Made by a program: the position numbers and the translations under genes
The notes under the pieces: model-generated
Told to the model about the DNA's origin: nothing
The model's input: only the letters and a program-made list of their open reading frames with translations
Databases searched by the model: none
Part shown: in pieces, positions 14,516 to 22,536 of the stretch
Layout: each line of letters opens with the position of its first letter
Position numbering within the stretch: position 1 is the stretch's first letter
Assembly: GCA_964391935.1 (NCBI GenBank)
Contig: CAYMOA010000001.1
Coordinates: forward strand, 7,860 to 42,432
Origin: an uncultured Candidatus Saccharibacteria bacterium
GTDB lineage: Bacteria > Patescibacteriota > Minisyncoccia > Phycocordibacterales > UBA5272
DNA: 34,573 nucleotides
Reading direction: 5' to 3'

Positions 14516-14521
14516 TAAAAC

Positions 14522-14552
14522 AAAAAACTCTAGAATATTTCTAGAGTTTTTT
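14522..14552 (+). terminator. rho-independent terminator of the infC-rplT operon
   Basis: An A-run precedes the stem ctctagaa (14528-14535), loop tat and stem ttctagag (14539-14546). A TTTTTT run follows. Confidence 0.8.
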
Positions 14553-14595
14553 GTTTATATATGTTAAAATGATTAAACTTGTTTTAAACAAGACT

Positions 14596-14668
14596 GCTCT
14601 CATAGCTCAGTTGGTAGAGCAACTCCCTCTTAAGGAGATGGTCGTAGGTTCGATCCCTACTGAGAGCA
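14596..14668 (+). tRNA. tRNA-Lys (anticodon CUU)
   Basis: Cloverleaf: GCTCTCA/TGAGAGC acceptor, GCTC-AGTTGGTA-GAGC D arm, anticodon loop CTCTTAA, GTAGG-TTCGATC-CCTAC T arm, discriminator A. No encoded CCA. Confidence 0.9.
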
Positions 14669-14720
14669 CAAAAAATAAAATAAGCAATTTGCACTTTACA
14701 GTGCTTGTTTGATTTTATTT

Positions 14721-14835
14721 ACAGTAGGGTGAGAAAGCAGGAGCGAAATTCTGTTGTGAACGAAGTGTCTCAGAACGGGTGAAGCTGGTCGCGGAAAATT
14801 TTCTAGAAGAAAATTTATCTGTGACCTATCCCTGT
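14721..14835 (+). repeat. structured repeat, copy 2 (40-nt hairpin at 14787-14826)
   Basis: It has the same architecture as 2455-2560. The outer pairing is acag..ggg / ccctgt, the 5' block is gagaaagcaggagc, and the hairpin ggtcgcggaaaattttctagaagaaaatttatctgtgacc follows. It lies between tRNA-Lys and the TATAAT (14887-14892) of the next gene. Confidence 0.6.
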
Positions 14836-14904
14836 TCAGAAAATTTCTTAATTAAAAAAAATACAAAAGTATTAAATGAATTATGTTATAATAATACTAG
14901 AAAT

Positions 14905-15993
14905 ATGGAACAAGTAGGAACACCCAAAAAGACAAACGAACAAAGGTTTAATCCCGAACAAATCAGCAAGATTTTGAATAGTCCAGAAACTTTGGAAAGA
15001 ATGAGAAAATTGGAGCAAGGTTTAGTAGGCAATACTATCGGATACACAATAGAATTTCTAATTTGTTTTCCAAAAGCCATACAAACAGATGTGAATAATT
15101 TCTTGGATTTTGTTTTAGCACAAAGTCAAAAACCAGAAGACCTTTACGGAAAAAGTTCTTTTCCTGAACAAAAAACTGTTACAAGATACTATGTTAATTT
15201 TTTCAAATCTAAATATCCAAACAAAGATATTAAATTACACTTTGCTGAAATAGGCAGACAAAATTATTCTTTCCACGCATTTAATTCTTCATTCTTACAA
15301 TCCATCAAAACCCACGGACTTGACCCACACGAAAGACAATATGACTGGTCAGAATTGAAGGAAATAAAGGATATTATGGAAGGTATTCAAAGTAATCAGC
15401 ATATCGGTCTGGCATTTCAAGATAAAGGGAAAATATCTTTTTCTGAAAGTCCTATTGTGAGTTTTGACTATGGAAATGGTTCCCCAGAATGGTTTGATAT
15501 GTTTGTTTATCATTTTACAAAAAATAATAAACTTTATAGGCATAGAAATTATGCAGAAGCGAAAGAAAAAGTTACAGAACAAACGAAGTGGTTGCAAGAC
15601 CCAGACAGACTTGTGAAAATCTATGGCAGTCAATCTGCAAACGCACCAGTAATTACACAAGAACAGGCAGACAAAATAATTTCTTTTTTTGATAAATACT
15701 GGAAAATTTTCGCAGTTGATAGTGTTCCGATGCTTGCAATTTATCCTGATGAACAAACAAAAAGTGCTTCTGAAATGTTGAAAATAAGAGAAGAAATTTC
15801 AGCAGAAATAAGAAGAACCTCAATGTTTCAAGATGTTGAAAGAAGTAAAAACGAGGAAGACAGGTTGATTGAGTTTGTTTCAAATATGTTACCACATAGT
15901 GGAAGTATAAATAGTAAAACTGACCAGAAAATTGAACCAGACAAAATTGTTTATGTGAATTTACCGAATGCTAATGAAATTTATATCCAGTAA
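14905..15993 (+). CDS. hypothetical protein
   Basis: The 362-aa ORF is taken from the ATG at 14905, 12 nt after TATAAT. The track start (GTG at 14779) lies inside the structured repeat. No recognisable domain. Confidence 0.55.
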   Translation: MEQVGTPKKTNEQRFNPEQISKILNSPETLERMRKLEQGLVGNTIGYTIEFLICFPKAIQTDVNNFLDFVLAQSQKPEDLYGKSSFPEQKTVTRYYVNFFKSKYPNKDIKLHFAEIGRQNYSFHAFNSSFLQSIKTHGLDPHERQYDWSELKEIKDIMEGIQSNQHIGLAFQDKGKISFSESPIVSFDYGNGSPEWFDMFVYHFTKNNKLYRHRNYAEAKEKVTEQTKWLQDPDRLVKIYGSQSANAPVITQEQADKIISFFDKYWKIFAVDSVPMLAIYPDEQTKSASEMLKIREEISAEIRRTSMFQDVERSKNEEDRLIEFVSNMLPHSGSINSKTDQKIEPDKIVYVNLPNANEIYIQ

Positions 15994-16010
15994 GACCGTC
16001 TAAATTTTAC

Positions 16011-16038
16011 TTGACAGAATGTCAGGGTAGTATATACT
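16011..16038 (+). promoter_or_regulatory. near-consensus sigma70 promoter downstream of a stop codon
   Basis: TTGACA (16011-16016), 16-nt spacer, TATACT (16033-16038). The -35 lies within the inverted repeat tgaca-gaa-tgtca. Confidence 0.5.
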
Positions 16039-16045
16039 AATACTA

Positions 16046-16124
16046 CAAACGCCTTCGGGCTTTCAGTAGAGCAATCTACTGGGTAAAATAATTACAGCAA
16101 TGATTTAATTGCTGTTTTTATTTT
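16046..16124 (+). ncRNA. candidate ~80-nt small RNA convergent with and overlapping the 3' end of the PemK/MazF-like gene
   Basis: The predicted transcript contains the gcc-ttcg-ggc tetraloop hairpin, the cagtag-agcaat-ctactg hairpin and a terminator (acagcaat 16094-16101 with attgctgt 16108-16115) followed by TTTTATTTT. The last 33 nt are antisense to 16092-16124 of the toxin-like CDS. Confidence 0.35.
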
Positions 16125-16484
16125 GTAAAAATCTTCCTTACTTACAATATCAAATTTTTCTTGCAACCGTTTAGTATCATATAAACGCAGTTGGGAAATT
16201 ACGATTGATTGCACACCACTTTGCGTATTTATCTTTACATAATAAGGATTATTTTCTTTTATCTTGGTAGAAAGTGCACAACCCCAAAACAAGTTATTAT
16301 TGAACTTTTTGACTACAACTATCGGCCTTTCAAATAGTTCACCTTTGCCGTCTTCTTCATCGCCAATGTTTAGACCAAGTGAAAGCCACCAAATTTCACG
16401 CTCTTTCATATACACAGGATTTACCAACCTATCCTTTCTATCGTATTCTTTTTTGATTTCATTCCAAGTATCAAAATTCTTCAT
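16092..16484 (-). CDS. PemK/MazF-like toxin-fold protein
   Basis: 130 aa. REIWWLSLGLNIGDEEDGKGELFERPIVVVKKF...GCALSTK matches the PemK/MazF SH3-like barrel pattern (GEIWW...G.N.G.E..G....RPVLVL..F). No small antitoxin ORF lies upstream. Confidence 0.65.
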   Translation of the reverse strand: MKNFDTWNEIKKEYDRKDRLVNPVYMKEREIWWLSLGLNIGDEEDGKGELFERPIVVVKKFNNNLFWGCALSTKIKENNPYYVKINTQSGVQSIVISQLRLYDTKRLQEKFDIVSKEDFYKIKTAIKSLL

Positions 16485-16489
16485 GTAAT

Positions 16490-16825
16490 CTACCTTATAT
16501 CAATCGGTCGGACAACATCACCTATCCCCTTTACTGCCCCACCACCAGTCGGACCTTGGAAAATTTCATTGGCAGTATTTCCAATAAAATAAGTTATACC
16601 AATAGCTGATAACATGATAGTAAGACCTAAAAGTGCTGGCCACAAATCTTTTATCCCCTCGGCTTTTCCGATTTTCCCATCGTAAAAACGTCTGAAAATA
16701 ACATATAAAAAAAGTGCGATTGCTATTGCTACAAATACAATAATCAGTGGGTTGATAATGCGGGCAAATAAAGTACCACCCAAACTATATATCGCTTTTT
16801 CTACGGCTGTTTCTGCTGCTGGCAT
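16490..16825 (-). CDS. small two-TM membrane protein (TrbC/VirB2-like pilin topology)
   Basis: 111 aa with two long hydrophobic helices separated by a basic loop, and a Gly-rich C-terminal tail (GPTGGGAVKGIG). The topology-level resemblance is weak. Confidence 0.45.
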   Translation of the reverse strand: MPAAETAVEKAIYSLGGTLFARIINPLIIVFVAIAIALFLYVIFRRFYDGKIGKAEGIKDLWPALLGLTIMLSAIGITYFIGNTANEIFQGPTGGGAVKGIGDVVRPIDIR

Positions 16826-16861
16826 ATTTTATTTTTATAAATTTAGTTTAGCAAGGATTCT

Positions 16862-16893
16862 AAAAAAAGAAAGGCCGGCGCGAAGCGCCGGCC
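16862..16893 (-). terminator. rho-independent terminator
   Basis: The GC-rich hairpin ggccggcgc-gaa-gcgccggcc (16873-16893) is followed on the minus strand by TTTCTTTTTTT. It lies downstream of 16932..17351. Confidence 0.75.
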
Positions 16894-16931
16894 AAACCTA
16901 TTTTAAACTTTTTTAATTTAATTTTTAAAAA

Positions 16932-17351
16932 TTAATTGTTATAGTAACCACCTCCACGAACACCACCAACTTGAGGAAGACTAGGAGCAGTTATTGTTTT
17001 CGCTCTGTTTGTGTCTATTCCGAACAACGCACCAAGCAACTGAATTAAGCCGTAAACAGCGAACATTACAGCAAGTCCTACAAGACCCCAAAATAAGTTA
17101 GTGCTATTTTTCGCATCATCACTAAATAATCCGAATAGCTTCCATCCCATTTTACTAGCAATAAAACCTATAACCAAAAAGAAAAAAACCAAAACTGCCA
17201 GAGCTGGCAATGCCCAGTTTAGGAAGTTAATAAAAATCTCAAGGTCTCCCAAAACATCTTTTACTGGTTTTAAGAAAGGTGAAGCTGCGAATGTTACTGC
17301 CGGAACAGCAAGCAGAGTTGCGAAAGCGATTTTTGTATACAAATTTTTCAT
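16932..17351 (-). CDS. small secreted/membrane protein (signal peptide plus two TM helices, pilin-like)
   Basis: 139 aa. The signal-like N-terminus is MKNLYTKIAFATLLAVPAVTFA. Two hydrophobic helices and the Gly-rich tail GGVRGGGYYNN follow. Confidence 0.45.
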   Translation of the reverse strand: MKNLYTKIAFATLLAVPAVTFAASPFLKPVKDVLGDLEIFINFLNWALPALAVLVFFFLVIGFIASKMGWKLFGLFSDDAKNSTNLFWGLVGLAVMFAVYGLIQLLGALFGIDTNRAKTITAPSLPQVGGVRGGGYYNN

Positions 17352-17451
17352 AATTTATTTATAATTTAATTATTATACTCATGAGTATAGCATTTTTAAA
17401 ATATTTGCAAGATTTCCTATGTGTAAAAGAATGTGTTATAATAGACCGCAT

Positions 17452-17667
17452 ATGATAACTCACAATCTTATTGAAATCCTTACAATTATCTTCTCAATAT
17501 CCACAATCGGACTTATTATAATGAACCAACCACAAAGTGGTGACACTTTTGGAACAAGTGGTGGTGTAGTACAAACTAGACGTGGTTTTGAAAAACAACT
17601 ACATATTCTGACTATTGCTTCGTCTGTAGTATTGTTGGTGCTTGTACTAGCTGGACAAATCATATAA
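17452..17667 (+). CDS. secG: preprotein translocase subunit SecG
   Basis: 71 aa from the ATG at 17452, 9 nt after TATAAT at 17437-17442. It has two TM helices flanking the Gly-rich loop QPQSGDTFGTSGGVVQTRRG, which is the SecG pattern. Confidence 0.7.
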   Translation: MITHNLIEILTIIFSISTIGLIIMNQPQSGDTFGTSGGVVQTRRGFEKQLHILTIASSVVLLVLVLAGQII

Positions 17668-17683
17668 TTAGTTAGTGTCTGCT

Positions 17684-17720
17684 CCCCCTCTTTTTTAAAG
17701 AGGGAGCTGGGGGTGTTTTT
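17684..17720 (+). repeat. hairpin-plus-G-tail element, copy E
   Basis: ccccctcttttttaaagagggagctgggggtgttttt, located 17 nt after the secG stop. It probably doubles as a terminator. Confidence 0.65.
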
Positions 17721-17725
17721 AATTA

Positions 17726-19402
17726 GTGAACAATATGCAAGGTTTAAAAGAAAAAATAAAAGTTTTGTTTTCCCATTTTTTGTCTCCCAAAGAAATATTT
17801 TTGGTATTTTTTCTTTTGTTTTTATCTTTCTTTTTCTTTTTAAATTTTATTTATAAAAGTTCGACCTATTTTATGACAGATAGAATAGTTTACTCAGGTA
17901 GTGCTATAGAAGGTGTGATCGGTAGTCCAAAGGAAACCAACCCCTACAACTCGGTAACCCAAGTCGACAAAGACCTGAACACCATACTCTACTCTTCTCT
18001 TTTAGATAATAATTTACAGCCCAGACTTGCAGAAAAAGTAGAAGTAAGTAATGACAAAAGTATTTATAGAATAACGATGAGACCAGATATTTATTTTTCA
18101 AATGGTGACCCTATAACTCTCGACGATATTTTATACTCTCTCAACTATGTGCCCTTAGAAAAAAATTATTCTGTTGAGAAAACTTCTGATAATGTTTTGA
18201 CTTTCCAACTTAAAAAAAGTGACCCGATCTTTTTACAACAACTAACTTACCCCATTATCCAAAAAGATACTGTATTTGAAAATAATTTTTCTACTAAAAT
18301 GGTCACTTCTTCTTTTTTTAAAATTGCAGGTATCAACAAAGACCTAGACAGTAATGTTACATCTATTAGTCTAAACAGATTTAATAATGGCGAGGCCAAA
18401 CTCCCTTATTTCAAAAAATATAATTTGGTATATTTTAAAGACGAAGTAGAAGCGTATAATGCTTTTCAAAAAAAAGAAATTGACTTGCTCAGTGGGATAC
18501 CTGGAAGTACTATTTCTAAAATAACCGATGATACAAATATAAAATTTGAAGTTGCAGCACTTCCCAATAATTATGCCGTTTTTCTAAACCAAAATAAAAA
18601 TGAAGTTTTACAAAACAAAGCTCTGCGACAAGCCATGTCAAATATCGTAGACCGAGAAAGCTTGACCAATCAAGTCCTGGGAAGTTTCGGAACACCTATG
18701 AAAAACATATTGGGTGAAAAAGGTAGTCCAAAGACAGCTGAGGAAGTCCTTAGAACTTTGACATCTGGAAAAGACTCTGGCTTTTCTTTCAAAGATGGTG
18801 TATTATATGAGGGTACAAAGAAAGCTTCAACGAGTGAGAACAGGGCAATCAAAATCAAACTTACAACTATACAGAATACCGAGCTCGTAGAGACTGCCAA
18901 ATATTTACAAAATTCTTGGAAAAAAATTGGTATAGAAACTGATATAGATATTATCGATAGAAAAAATTTAAGTGATGTTGTAAAGGAAAGAGATTTCGAA
19001 GCCTTACTGTTCGGTTTTAGTATCAAAAGCGAAAAAGATTATTATTCTTTCTTTTCAAGTAAAGAGAGAGGTTATCCGAAGTTAAATATTTCTAATTATA
19101 CAAGTAGGCAAACAGATAAAATACTAGACGTACTCGCCGGAGACAATAATCAGGCCAGAGTTCTAGACTTGGTTAACCAATTGTCTGTAGAAATAGCTGA
19201 TGATAACCCAATAATTTTACTTTATAAACCACAATTTGTTTTCACTCATTTTGCAAACTTTCAAGTCAAATTACCAAAAACAATAAAAAGTGAAGAAGAG
19301 AGATATACTTACATCCAAGACTGGTACTCAGGTACAGAAAAAGTTTTTAATTTTTTTAATCAGTCAAAGTTTGTAGATAAACTCGATATTTTACTATATT
19401 AA
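17726..19402 (+). CDS. ABC-transporter substrate-binding protein, family 5 (peptide/nickel type)-like
   Basis: 558 aa with an N-terminal TM anchor. LQPRLAEKVEVSNDKSIYRITMRPDIYFSNGDPITLDDILYSL is the characteristic SBP_bac_5 N-lobe motif. No cognate permease or ATPase genes are adjacent. Confidence 0.65.
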   Translation: MNNMQGLKEKIKVLFSHFLSPKEIFLVFFLLFLSFFFFLNFIYKSSTYFMTDRIVYSGSAIEGVIGSPKETNPYNSVTQVDKDLNTILYSSLLDNNLQPRLAEKVEVSNDKSIYRITMRPDIYFSNGDPITLDDILYSLNYVPLEKNYSVEKTSDNVLTFQLKKSDPIFLQQLTYPIIQKDTVFENNFSTKMVTSSFFKIAGINKDLDSNVTSISLNRFNNGEAKLPYFKKYNLVYFKDEVEAYNAFQKKEIDLLSGIPGSTISKITDDTNIKFEVAALPNNYAVFLNQNKNEVLQNKALRQAMSNIVDRESLTNQVLGSFGTPMKNILGEKGSPKTAEEVLRTLTSGKDSGFSFKDGVLYEGTKKASTSENRAIKIKLTTIQNTELVETAKYLQNSWKKIGIETDIDIIDRKNLSDVVKERDFEALLFGFSIKSEKDYYSFFSSKERGYPKLNISNYTSRQTDKILDVLAGDNNQARVLDLVNQLSVEIADDNPIILLYKPQFVFTHFANFQVKLPKTIKSEEERYTYIQDWYSGTEKVFNFFNQSKFVDKLDILLY

Positions 19403-19416
19403 TTAATTATAAATTT

Positions 19417-21270
19417 ATGAACGGAAATTCAACCGGCGGATATAACCAAAATTCTCAGTCTACACAAAACACACAGAGACGAGACTTTGGTCAACAAAGA
19501 AAGCCATTTAACAGAGATAACAACAGAGACCGCGGATTTAACAAACCACGACCACCTTTTGGACATCAAGACACAAAGTTTGGTGGACCACAAGACATCA
19601 AAGAAGGTGTAGTGCGTGTGATCCCACTCGGAGGTGTAGAAGAAGTAGGTCGTAACATGACCATGTTTGAGATTGGAGAAGACATCGTGATTGTCGACAT
19701 GGGCTTTGCCTTTAAAGAAGAGTCAACACCAGGTGTAGACTACATCTTGCCAAACACACAATACTTAGAAGAAAGAAAGCACAAGATCCGTGGAGTTCTG
19801 ATCACACACGGTCACCTCGACCACATCGGTGCTATTCCCTATTTGATAGAAAGACTGGGTAACCCAAAAATCTATGCTCGTAACTTTACAGCATTGATGA
19901 TTAAAAAAAGACAAGAAGAATTCCCACATTTAAAACCACTTAATATCGAAGTTGTAGAAAATTCTACAAAATTAAAATTGGGTAATTTGGATATCTCATT
20001 CTTTGCTGTGACTCACTCTATCCCCGACTCAATGGGTATAATGATCGATACCCCAAATGGAAAAATCGTGCACACGGGAGATCTTCGTCTCGACCATATC
20101 GACGGAAAACCTTCCCAGTTTGAAGAAGAAATATATTCTATTTTCAAACAAGAAAAAGTTCTTCTTTTACTTGCCGACTCTACTAACTCAGAAAACCCAG
20201 GTTTCTCTATTTCTGACCGAGTAGTGATGGACAATATCGAAAGAATTATTAAAGAAGTTCCTGGTCGTCTTATTGCGTCGATGTTCTCGTCCCAAGTTGA
20301 AAGACTTCTCGGACTTCTTGATATTGCCGAAGCTAATGGAAAAAAAGTAGTTATCGAGGGTAGATCGATGAAAACCAATATCGAAGTTATCAAGGCAGCT
20401 GGACTTCTTCGTGTGCAAGAGTCAACTCTGATCGACGTATCAGAAATGTACAAATACCCTGACAATAAAGTTATCGCCATGGTGACTGGTTCTCAAGGTG
20501 AAGAGTTCGGAGCTCTCATGCGTATTTCAACTCATACCCACAAATATATTGCTATCAACCCCAATGATACAATCTTGATGTCATCATCAATCATCCCAGG
20601 TAACGAGCGAGGTGTACAAAAATTAAAAGACAATTTGTCTCGCCAAGGTGCAAAACTAATCCACTATAAAACATCGGACATCCACTCTAGTGGACACGCT
20701 AACCGTGATGAGTTAGCTTGGATCATTTCTAAAATTAATCCTAAATTCTTCATGCCTGTTCACGGTTACCACTACATGCTACGTGTACACGGAACAATCG
20801 CTGAGAGTGTTGGTGTAAAGAAAGATAATATTATTGTTACTGACAACGGTTCGATTGTAGAAATCCAACCAGACGGAGAGACAATTAATAAAACTCAAAC
20901 CAAAGCCCCAAGTGGTATGATTTTCGTAGACGGCTTCTCTGTTGGAAACATGCAAGAAGTAGTTCTCCGTGATCGTACGGCTCTTGCCCAGGACGGAGTA
21001 TTCGTAACTGCTGTTGTTGTTGACTCTCGCAGTGGACTACTTAAAAAGTCACCAGACATCGTGTCTCGTGGATTCGTTTACTTAAAAGAATCTCAAGAAT
21101 TATTAAAACAAGTAAGACTTCTGATTCGTAAAAAAGTAGAAGACAACCCGAAAGTTCTGCAACAAGAAATCGAAGATACGAGAAATGACCTCAACGACAC
21201 GATCTCAAAGTTCTTCGTAAAGAAAACTGGTAAAGCACCAATCGTGATGAGTATCGTAATCATTATCTAA
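19417..21270 (+). CDS. rnj: ribonuclease J with ~65-aa low-complexity N-terminal extension
   Basis: It has the metallo-beta-lactamase motif ITHGHLDHIGAIPYL, a beta-CASP region and HSSGHANRDEL. The N-terminus is N/Q/R/G-rich (NQNSQSTQNTQRRDFGQQRKPFNRDNNRDRGFNK). Confidence 0.9.
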   Translation: MNGNSTGGYNQNSQSTQNTQRRDFGQQRKPFNRDNNRDRGFNKPRPPFGHQDTKFGGPQDIKEGVVRVIPLGGVEEVGRNMTMFEIGEDIVIVDMGFAFKEESTPGVDYILPNTQYLEERKHKIRGVLITHGHLDHIGAIPYLIERLGNPKIYARNFTALMIKKRQEEFPHLKPLNIEVVENSTKLKLGNLDISFFAVTHSIPDSMGIMIDTPNGKIVHTGDLRLDHIDGKPSQFEEEIYSIFKQEKVLLLLADSTNSENPGFSISDRVVMDNIERIIKEVPGRLIASMFSSQVERLLGLLDIAEANGKKVVIEGRSMKTNIEVIKAAGLLRVQESTLIDVSEMYKYPDNKVIAMVTGSQGEEFGALMRISTHTHKYIAINPNDTILMSSSIIPGNERGVQKLKDNLSRQGAKLIHYKTSDIHSSGHANRDELAWIISKINPKFFMPVHGYHYMLRVHGTIAESVGVKKDNIIVTDNGSIVEIQPDGETINKTQTKAPSGMIFVDGFSVGNMQEVVLRDRTALAQDGVFVTAVVVDSRSGLLKKSPDIVSRGFVYLKESQELLKQVRLLIRKKVEDNPKVLQQEIEDTRNDLNDTISKFFVKKTGKAPIVMSIVIII

Positions 21271-21288
21271 AACAAAAAAATATTATTC

Positions 21289-22536
21289 ATGTTAAACTTT
21301 GCAGAAATGCAAAGTTTTTCTGATAAAATTTTCTGGGTCAATATTTTTAGTTTCTTGATTTCCCTACACTACGCAGTGATAGTGTATTCTGAGTCGACAT
21401 ATTTAAGTAAAGTTTTTGGTGCTGAGAATATCTGGGTAATATATACCTGCGCAGCCAGCCTCACCATCTTACTCAACTTTCAAATATCTAGATTCCTGCG
21501 AAAAAGACATATAGAAAAGATTGTAAAAACAACTTTAGTTTTGGCTTTTATCAATTTAATTAATTTGTTTTTTAGTATCAGCCCTCTCACATCTTTCTTA
21601 TCATTTATTATATACACTGCTTTGTCACAATTCTTGTTTCTACTCTCATCCATCGTCTTAAAAGAGTTCTCAAAAGAAAGCACAACAGGAGGAGTTAGAG
21701 GTAAATATATTTCTATTCAAAGTTTGGGTTACCTAGCTGCCCCACTTATCAGTTCTTTTTTTATTAAATATTTTGGAATAGAGTCGATATTCGTTATTAG
21801 TTCGCTATTTATTTTATTATCTCTATATATATTTAACACTACTCTCAACAAAATACCTAGGATTGTCGTACCTGAAACTAGTATTTTTAAAACCCTAAAA
21901 CGTGTTTGGCGAAGTGTAGACTTGCGCAATATCATCTTTGCTCAGATTGGACTATACATATTCTATGCTTTGGTTGTGATCTATATCCCTTTTAAACTTG
22001 GTGGGTTAGGAATCTCTCTCACCCAATACTTGGGGGTTTTATTACCAGTGGCACTACTACCTTTTCTTTTTGTGCCAGAAATCCTAGGTTATGTAGAAGA
22101 CAAGATGAAAGATGAGAAGGAATTCTTGATGTTCTCGATTCTAGGTTTAATTATCATTTTAATCCTCATGGCTTTTACAACTTCTAGTTCACTTCTGGTC
22201 TGGGCTTTTATTCTTTTTGTGTCTCGTTTTTTTGCTTCGATGATGGAGACCTCGGTCTCATCTTACTTCTTTAAAAAAGTTGGGAAGTCTGACACTGATC
22301 TCATTTCTATTTTCACATCTTCTCACAACTTAGTCTATCTTTTTCTGGTTCCAGTTTTTGCTCTGATTCTAAAACAAACAGATTTGCAAACTTTGTTCCT
22401 CAGTGTTTCGTTTTTCCTCTGTTTTGTGTTAGTATTAGTGAGTAAAATACACAATACTAAAAACTATGATGAACACAAGACTTGGGCAGTTATTTGGCAA
22501 AGGTCCAAAAAAAGGACAGCGAGCGGCACCAACTAG
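21289..22536 (+). CDS. MFS-type transporter-like polytopic membrane protein
   Basis: 415 aa with about 12 hydrophobic helices in a 6+6 arrangement around a basic central loop. No diagnostic motif was confirmed. Confidence 0.5.
   Translation: MLNFAEMQSFSDKIFWVNIFSFLISLHYAVIVYSESTYLSKVFGAENIWVIYTCAASLTILLNFQISRFLRKRHIEKIVKTTLVLAFINLINLFFSISPLTSFLSFIIYTALSQFLFLLSSIVLKEFSKESTTGGVRGKYISIQSLGYLAAPLISSFFIKYFGIESIFVISSLFILLSLYIFNTTLNKIPRIVVPETSIFKTLKRVWRSVDLRNIIFAQIGLYIFYALVVIYIPFKLGGLGISLTQYLGVLLPVALLPFLFVPEILGYVEDKMKDEKEFLMFSILGLIIILILMAFTTSSSLLVWAFILFVSRFFASMMETSVSSYFFKKVGKSDTDLISIFTSSHNLVYLFLVPVFALILKQTDLQTLFLSVSFFLCFVLVLVSKIHNTKNYDEHKTWAVIWQRSKKRTASGTN

Noticed and set aside
2512-14826. Treating the two identical 40-nt hairpins as attL/attR direct repeats bounding a 12-kb genomic island next to tRNA-Lys
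   Set aside because: The interval contains core genes (rpsB, tsf, infC, rpmI, rplT) and no integrase. The repeat is not derived from the tRNA 3' end. A regulatory or structured element is more consistent.
22466-22536. The 71-nt overlap between the MFS-like gene and the pseudouridine synthase as a programmed frameshift or fusion
   Set aside because: No slippery heptamer or downstream structure was noticed. An overlap or a misplaced start codon is the simpler explanation. It is noted under the N-terminal-extension finding instead.
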